In this document: positions 56,140-64,000 of the stretch, piece after piece
Layout of the letters: the number at the start of each line of letters is the position of its first letter
Position numbering within the stretch: position 1 is the first letter of the stretch
Origin: Chrysomallon squamiferum
Lineage: Eukaryota; Animalia; Mollusca
Length of the DNA stretch: 64,000 bases
NCBI GenBank assembly: GCA_012295275.1
Contig: CM022673.1
Coordinates: 8,184,001 to 8,248,000, forward strand
Reading direction: 5' to 3'
Position numbers and translations under genes: made by a program
The notes under the pieces: model-generated
The model's input: the letters and a program-made list of their open reading frames with translations, nothing else
The model's database searches: none
What the model was told of the DNA's origin: nothing

Positions 56140-56302
56140 CAACAATTAAAAGGAGACAACCACAATAAGCACGTGATGGGAGATAAACAGGATCAACAAT
56201 TAAAGGAAGATAACAAAAACAAAGAAGTTATAAGAGATAATCATGATTTACCTAAGGGAGACAAACATGATCTACAATTAAAGGGAGATAACCATGATTT
56301 AC
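56140..56302 (+). repeat. Displaced ~160-bp near-identical copy of the GALNT stem repeat (source ~59350-59570)
   Basis: [54 protein letters not shown] matches the exon sequence with only a few substitutions; flanked by (TACA)/(CA) microsatellite. Confidence 0.9.
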
Positions 56303-57008
56303 ATACATACAAACATTTTTAAATTTAGAAAAGGCTTATAATACATTAATGCATTCGGTGTATTTATCAGCGATATACAAAGTGCTATCCATTAACTTCG
56401 AGACATCTTTAAACTCGTTCCTATTCAGAAGAGAATTCCAGTGAAAATTCAGCAATCGTACACTGCCATGTTAGTTATGAGTAATCCAGTATCTCTGTGT
56501 GTATGTGTGTGTGTATAAATATGTAAGTATCTATATTTCCATGTTACTGAACGCTCTGCCCATTATTTACTACATCGAACTGGCTGAGAACATAACACAC
56601 ATGCCTATCTTGAAGCGTTGCTATTGTTATTGTTGTTGTAGTTGTTGTTGTTGTTCTTCTTATTATTATTATCATAGTAGTAGTAATAGTACCAGTAGTT
56701 GTTGTAGTAGTGGTATTATTAGTAACAGAGATAGCAGTAATAGTAGCAGTAAAAATTAATAGTAGTAGTGGAAGGAATATTAGTAGCAGAAATAACAGTA
56801 TTGTAGTAATGATAGTAGTAATAGTAGTAGTAGTGTTTGTTGTTGTGCATATTGTTGTAAAGGGAAAACTGGATCTTTTACAGCAATCGCTTTTAATATT
56901 AGACAGTTGACCTAACTGATAGGAAGATAAAAATAATCAGCAATAATCATGCATTAACCATATGTGGTACAGTTAACAGCCGTTCTTTTCTTCTTCTCTG
57001 TTTTTTTT

Positions 57009-57039
<31 letters not shown>

Positions 57040-57050
57040 GATATACGTAG

Positions 57051-57266
57051 GTCAGTGGCCAATCAAACATCTAGCTCTAACAATTGAATACTCTATTATT
57101 GTTGATTTCAAAAATCAATTTCAACATATGTTGTCCTTATTTCAATAAGACGACTTCACAATCACCGCACTATGTCAGATAACTTGTGGGACATTTGAAA
57201 CGGACACAGAAAAAGGACGCTTGCAATGTAATTCAGCATTAGTTTAAAATATGGAAATGTTTACAG
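57051..57266 (+). other. GALNT: GALNT 5'UTR exon
   Basis: Very long pyrimidine tract + cgtag acceptor at 57050; CAG|gtaagt donor at 57267; next acceptor atttcag at 58635. Confidence 0.6.
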
Positions 57267-58203
57267 GTAAGTTGAACTGAGTGTAGATCAAGAGGGATAA
57301 AATTTATATCTAAACCTTCGTCGTTAAAAGCAACCGAAATAATCCGGAATTGATTCTGTGTGAATTTCCAGGGCACATGTGTTTGTGTACACGCCGTATT
57401 ATTTGCTGTTATAATGCTTGGTTTGCTTACATGTATTAAACACGTTGTAAGCCATTTCTATAATTATGAATGTATATATGTACATATATGTATTTTATTT
57501 TAGTATTTACGTATGTAGTATGTATGTATGTATGTATGTATGTATGTATGTATGTATATATGAATATGTGTGTGTGTGTATATTAACATATGAATTTTTA
57601 TCAGCTAATAAAATAAATATTTCTGGTTTTACGAAAATAAACAATACTGGTATTACAGCTTTTAAACTCTGTTCATTCATTTCGGCTGCATTTTACTAGT
57701 AATAACACAGATTTAAATTGCAAACATTTAATATTTTGTTCTACCTGTTACCCATGGATTTTAACTAGTAACATTAAAAAGATAATGTTTTAGAACGAAA
57801 CTGCCAACAAGTAATCTTTTCATTACGTATTGTTCGTCAGTGAAATAATATTATAATAGTAATTTTAAATAGATAATAATGAAACTAGTAACTTCTAAAA
57901 TTTATTATTTTAAGTAATAATTCCCAAAAGGTAATAGTTTTAGTAAAAGGACGGAATATGTCCACTTTTAATTATTTAGAAGCAGTTTAATAATATATAT
58001 TATTCAGCAATATAAGATGAAAAATGAGATAAATGTCACTGACGTGTTGACTCAAAACGAAGCACAGTTAAATTGAGAGTTGAAAGTTGTGACACACATC
58101 CAAACTGTTTGATCGATTTGTACTGTATTAATTTCCTTTAACTGTATCATATGTCGAATTCAGTTTCGGTAAGATTTAAAAAGGTAGGAAAATTACCGTA
58201 TAC

Positions 58204-58257
<54 letters not shown>

Positions 58258-58299
58258 GTAATAAACGTTAACAAATACACTAATAAAACCATAAATACA

Positions 58300-58338
<39 letters not shown>

Positions 58339-58353
58339 AATAAAATTAATGAA

Positions 58354-58391
<38 letters not shown>

Positions 58392-58682
58392 TGATGATGA
58401 TGATGATGATAATGATGATAATAATAATAATAATAAATAGTTTTATAAAGTTCTTTTTTTTTATTGATAAAATAACTAATTGTTTTATTTTATAAAAACA
58501 GCTGAACATTTTTCTTTATCTTTGAATAACGTTTTCCTGATTTTGAGCATCATTTGATTTCAGCAAAGCATCTTAATTTATTTCGAAGTGTGTTATACTT
58601 TTTATAACAGTTTTTCTCGCTTCATTTCATTTCAGCGACAACATGAATCAGACGGCCAATAACCAAATTCATAGCTTGAATC

Positions 58683-60859
58683 ATGCTAATCAGGAAAATC
58701 AGGAAGCGATTCCGATTATTCGGAGTCACAGTCCTTATCATTTTAATCAGCATTCTAGTTATTTCCATTCATCTACTGAGGACGATTGAGTCTGAAATTC
58801 GCAATAAAGATCCATTTAAACAAACTCAGGAATCTAAAATTGACCGTCGCATCAGAAACGAAAGGCTAGCTGAACGAGTGATCAAACAGGTTGTAATGAA
58901 CGATCTAGATTTAAAGGAGTACGAATGGGTCATGGAAGCTTTTGACAAAAAACATTTTGCGACGCGTGGGAAGCGTCATGAAACTGAGTTGAGGAAAGAA
59001 AAACGAACCAGAGTCCGTTAAAAACGAGAAGATTAAAGTTAAAGAGTATAAAAATGTACAAATCAAGCGTGAAGAGGTTGTAAAACAAGATGAAAGAGAC
59101 CACAATGAAAACGTAATACGCATGGAACAGGATAAACTTAAAAATGCAAAGAGATCAGTTGTTAAGAATATCCGCAAATCAAAGGCAGAAGACGAAATAA
59201 AACCAATTGTGGCTGAAGAAGTCAAACAAAACCACGTGGAGCAAAATCAGCAGAATGGTATCCAGAAAGAACTTGAACAGAAAGAGGAGAATCATGATAA
59301 ACAAGTGAAGGGAGACAAAAATGATTTACCTAAGGGAGATAAACAGAATCAACAATTAAAGGGAGACAACCACAATAAGCACGTGATGGGAGATAAACAG
59401 GATCAACAATTAAAGGGAGATAACAAAAACAAAGAAGTGATAAGAGATAATCATGATTTACCTGAGGGAGACAAACATGATTTACAATTAAAGGGAGACA
59501 AACATGATCTACAACTAAAGGGAGACAAACATGATCTACAATTGAAGGGAGATAACCATGATTTACCTAAGGGAGATAAACAGGATCAACAATTAAAGGA
59601 CGATAACAAAAACAAAGAAGTTATCAGAGATAATCATGATTTACCTGAGGGAGAGAAACATTTACAGTTAAAGGGAGATAACCATAATTTACCTAAGGGA
59701 GATAAACAGCATCAACAGTTAAAGGGAGATAACCAGAACAAACACGTGATAGAGGGTCACCACGATTCCCAGGTTAACGGAAATAATCAAATTAAGTTAG
59801 AAAACCAGAATCAACAAATACTGCAAAATAATCAGGTAATAAAAAGTAATCAGGATTCAGAAGTTAAAGGAGAAAATAAGACTAACCAAATGAAGGGAAT
59901 AAACCAAAATAAACCAGTGATAGGGGGTAATCTGGAGGGAGAAAATCAGAATAAACAAATGAAGGAAGACAACAAAACTAAACAAGTAATGGGAGATAAT
60001 GAGGTTCAGTTAGTTAAGGGACATAAACAAGTGAAAGGAAGTGATCAAGATAACGACAACCAAAATAAAAATAAAACTGACGCTAATCAAGATTCACACC
60101 TTCAAGGAGAAAAGCAGGCAGAACAAATGAAGGCAGACAGTCAAAATAAACAAATAACAGGCGGTAATCAGGATGCACAGGCTAAGGGAGATAACCAGAA
60201 TAAACAAATTATAGGAGGTAATCAGGATGCACAGGCTAAGGGAGATAATCAGAATAAACAAATAATAGGAGGTAACCAGGATGCACCGGCTAAGGGAGAT
60301 AATCAGAATAAACAAATAATAGGAGGTAACCAGGATGCACAGGCTAAGGGAGATAATCAGAATAAACAAATAATAGGAGGTAACCAGGATGCACCGGCTA
60401 AGGGAGATAATCAGAATAAACAAATAATAGGAGGTAACCAGGATGCACAGGCTAAGGGAGATAATCAGAATAAACAAATAATAGGAGGTAACCAGGATGC
60501 ACAGGCTAAGGGAGATAATCAGAATAAACAAATAATAGGAGGTAACCAGGATGCACAGGCTAAGGGAGATAATCAGAATAAACAAATAATAGGAGGTAAC
60601 CAGGATGCACAGGCTAAGGGAGATAATCAGAATAAACAAATAATAGGAGGTAATCTGGATGCACAGGCTATGGGAGATAATCAGAATAAACAAATAATAG
60701 GAGGTAATCTGGATGCACTGGCTAAGGGAGATAATCAGAATAAAGAAATGAACGGAACCAACAAGAATAAAACATTGGAGAAAGACAACGAGGAAAAGGT
60801 TTATGCTAAAATGCCAGAGGTAAAGATGAGGCCTGTTGATGAAAACGCAAATTATCCGG
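58683..60859 (+). CDS. GALNT: GALNT exon: cytoplasmic tail, TM helix and giant repetitive stem
   Basis: Track ORFs 58683..59021 and 59122..60879 join into one frame if one A is removed from the A5 run at 58999-59003; ends NYPG|gtaaga. Confidence 0.85.
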
Positions 60860-61173
60860 GTAAGAGATTTAGTTTTTGATATTCTTAAAAGTGACATTCC
60901 GGATTCAAATACATACATACTACATGCTGTAAAGTTATATACAATGTTCATAGTTTATGTAGTTCCTGTTCTTCAAATTATTATTGCAGTTGTACTTAGC
61001 ATAGCTTTAAGACAGTTGTATTTGCAGTGAAACCAGCACAGATAAAATGTGTGTATGATTTTCTATGTTATCTAACGCCAGAATTACAAACAGAATGATT
61101 CAACAGAGAAATAAGTGTATAATCAGATGAACAAAGATGCACATATTTAAATCGGAGGGCTCACACACACACG

Positions 61174-61222
<49 letters not shown>

Positions 61223-61677
61223 CACAAAGAAAAAGACATAAAATCTACTTACAGATAATAATACACATTTGGGTTTATTTTCTAGAAATAGTGGATATGT
61301 ATGAAGTTTCACTTTTGATATGATTTTTCAAACTTCTACAGGTAAAAATGGAACAGCTGTGATCATTGATCGACTCAAACTGTCGCCGAGTGAACAAATC
61401 GCGTATGACAAAGGTTTTATTTTGCACCATTTCAACCAGTTTGTGAGCGACCTCATTCCAGTAGATCGATCAGTCCCAGATCACAGGAGAGAGGAGTGGG
61501 TAACATTCTTTGTCGATTTAAAGTAACCTGCACTATTTACTTAATACAGCATATATAAGTATATAACTGAAGATTAACTCTCTTCCTAACGTAATATATA
61601 TATGTATATATGTATATCGTATGTTTAATATACGAAAGTATACACACCTACACACATACAGACACACACACACACAC

Positions 61678-61714
<37 letters not shown>

Positions 61715-63818
61715 ACAAGTATATTAAATCCATCATTAACCCTCTGTTTAATGTAATATAATAATGTTTAATACAACATTTAGAAGTCTATTTGATAAAC
61801 ATAATTATAATGTTCTAATTAATGTAATGCACATTGTCTATTTAATGCAACATATATAAGTGTATTTAATTCAGCGTTAATCCTCTGTCTAATGTGTTTT
61901 TAATGTGCTTTTAATCCACCGTTATATTTACTGTAACGTCCACCGTTGAAGTTAATATTTTATACATCGTTATAACTATTGTATCTCTCCCTTCACGTGT
62001 TACTTAATAAAAAAAAATTCAGGTTGTCTCCCATCATTATTCTTTTTTGTTCTGGTTGTCTCCCTTCATTTATTTATACTGTTTATCTGTAGTCAGTTGT
62101 TCAGCGTGTTACCTTCTATTCGTCCGTAGATATCTTTATTTGGTCTTGTTCTTGTTTCTATGTATATATTTTTATATTTTTATATTTTTATTTTTGTTGT
62201 TGTTGTTTGTTTGTTGTTGTTGTTGTTGTTGCCATTTTATTTTCTTTATTGTATTTAATGTCGATATTCACCGCTAATTTGAACGTAACATCCAAACTTT
62301 ACTTAGCATAACAAACATTAAAAACAACTATTTAATGTAACATGCTCCTTTATAGTTTATATTATTCTTAATGATAAATATAACGTGCTAACCAAATAGC
62401 TCTGCAATTCAGATGTAAAAAAATACAGTATCCAGACAACCTTCCCGACACGAGCGTCATCGTCTGTTTCCACAACGAGGCTTGGAGCGTGCTTCTTAGA
62501 ACAGTGCACAGCGTGATCAGCAAGTCACCGCCAAATCTTCTTAAGGAAATTATTCTTGTTGATGACTTTTCTGATTTAGGTGAGAAAGGCAGATATACTG
62601 ACACATGAATACACAAAGAGGCATAATCTTCATTCATGTACATACAGCAATGCTAATGGATGCACTTGTATGTTTGTATGTATCTCTATGCATACATCCA
62701 TATATATATATATAGAGAGAGAGGCATATAAAGGCATACAAACATACATATATACATACATACGTACGTACATATTCATTAGAATCATTTGCATTAATTT
62801 ATATTTATTTATTTTACTTTATTTTATTTTAATCTCAAAATAATTACACTGAAGTAACTGAATCTCCCTCTCTGTCTCTCTGTCACTTTCTGTGTCTCTC
62901 TCTGTCTATTTGTGTGTCTGACTCTCTGTCTGACTCTCTGTCTGCCTATCTCTCTCTCTCTGCCTCTCTCTCTCTCTCTCTCTACATATATATATATATA
63001 TATATATTAATCTTTCTTTCGTTTAGATTTTCTAGGCGCTCCTCTTGACCAGTACATGGCGCGTTTTCCCAAAGTGAGGATCATCCACGCGAAAGAGAGG
63101 CTAGGACTGATCCGAGGACGAATTGTGGGGACGACAGCAGCAACGGGGACAGTACTCACCTTCCTTGACTCACACATCGAGTGTCAGAACGGTGAGTAAA
63201 GTCTGTTTAATTGTTTTCTTGTTGTTAAACATAATTAATAATTATTTTAATGGTGTTAGATATATTTGTTATCAGCACATTTTGATACTGTGATTATACT
63301 GGCCTTGTTACAGTTTTTAATGCTTCTACAATACTATTATTTATGATACTAGTAATAATGAAGCAATTAGTGATATAATATTACACTTTTTATACTACAA
63401 CAGCACTGTGATTGTTGATAATGCATTTGTTATTGTGTTATTAAATATTATTAATAATACTAACTAAAACTAAAACTAAAACAAACATAAAATTACAATC
63501 AAACAGGAAAAGTACAACAAAAAAAAATGAAGATAGTATAATTTGCCTTAACGGTATCACACATCAGCTTTAGCTTTGTCTCATTTCTGTATTCGTTTGT
63601 TCAGGCTGGCTGGAACCACTGTTGGAGCGGGTGGCTCTGGGCTGGAATCACGTGGCCTGGCCTAACATACCCACGATCGACAAAGACACGTTCGAGTTCC
63701 AGTACATCTCGGCTGACGTCGAACAGATCGGCGGCTTCTACTGGAACATGATGTTCCACTGGATTCACGTCCCCGACGACATTCGCAAAACTCAGAAACA
63801 TATTTATTCTCCAATGAA
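58683..63818 (+). CDS. GALNT: Polypeptide N-acetylgalactosaminyltransferase (GT27, ppGalNAc-T), 5' part; continues beyond window; apparent 1-nt frameshift at ~58999-59003
   Basis: Type II anchor ([11 protein letters not shown] + hydrophobic helix), long stem, then catalytic motifs [73 protein letters not shown] (DxH), GWLEPLL, GGFYW. Exons 58683-60859, 61342-61495, 62413-62579, 63027-63191, 63605-63818. Confidence 0.95.
59311..59760 (+). repeat. Coding minisatellite of 24-27-bp units (GDKHDLQLK / GDNHDLPK)
   Basis: Recurrent aagggagat/aagggagac every 24-27 nt. Confidence 0.9.
60133..60750 (+). repeat. Coding minisatellite: 11 x 54-bp units ([18 protein letters not shown]) plus a partial unit
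   Basis: Period 54 nt (units at 60133, 60187, 60241 ... 60673, partial at 60727), near-identical. Confidence 0.95.
61342..61495 (+). CDS. GALNT: GALNT exon (GKNGTAV...[21 protein letters not shown])
   Basis: ttctacag acceptor, GA|gtgggt donor; conserved pre-catalytic FN..SD.I...R..PD.R motif. Confidence 0.93.
62413..62579 (+). CDS. GALNT: GALNT exon ([35 protein letters not shown]...[11 protein letters not shown])
   Basis: aattcag acceptor, G|gtgaga donor; GT-A fold N-terminal motifs. Confidence 0.96.
63027..63191 (+). CDS. GALNT: GALNT exon (…[17 protein letters not shown]…[12 protein letters not shown])
   Basis: tttcgtttag acceptor, G|gtgagt donor; DxH metal-binding motif. Confidence 0.96.
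63605..63818 (+). CDS. GALNT: GALNT exon (WLEPLLERV…[11 protein letters not shown]…SPM)
   Basis: tttgttcag acceptor, AA|gtaaga donor; WLEPLL and GGF.W...F.W motifs. Confidence 0.95.
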
Positions 63819-64000
63819 GTAAGAACGTTAACTGCTACTGTCATCATTACCACTCCCACACCCAACCCCCAACCCCCGAATATTGTTACCAATAGTTTAT
63901 CTTCTTTCTTCTACTGCTAGCAATAGTAGTATTAATAGTGGCTGTTGTGGTAGTAGTAGTATTTTTATTATTACCACTAATATTATTGGTACTGCTATTA

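Noticed and set aside
60094-60951. 285-aa hydrophobic antisense ORF
   Set aside because: It is the reverse complement of the 54-bp GALNT coding repeat and is open only because the unit lacks a stop in that frame.

Overview
AT-rich, microsatellite-dense animal genomic DNA with spliceosomal GT-AG introns. A lophotrochozoan/mollusc origin is my inference from composition and gene content, not proven. Almost all entries in the supplied ORF track are microsatellite artefacts. Reading splice sites by eye gives four genes. (1) The last coding exon of a neuropeptide precursor (1341-1456, +), releasing a predicted 30-aa amidated peptide that ends SLRFGA-amide. (2, 3) A head-to-head pair of small atypical Id/Emc-like helix-loop-helix genes: HLH-A on the - strand (26245-21685, 127 aa) and HLH-B on the + strand (44225-49288, 128 aa). 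They share one exon architecture, down to a 79-nt middle exon and an intron 8 nt after the stop codon. They sit in a ~40-kb gene-poor block carrying Su(H)/CSL sites, proneural and Hes-type E-boxes, and 3'UTR K-box/Brd-box/miR-183-type sites, resembling a Notch-target cassette built from non-HES HLH genes. (4) The 5' part of a polypeptide GalNAc-transferase (GALNT, 58683 to window end, +) with a ~690-aa repeat-built stem, an apparent 1-nt frameshift, and a displaced copy of its repeat 3 kb upstream. There is also a short MITE and several minisatellites. No rRNA, tRNA or CRISPR array is supported. All calls are by eye; no database searches were run.
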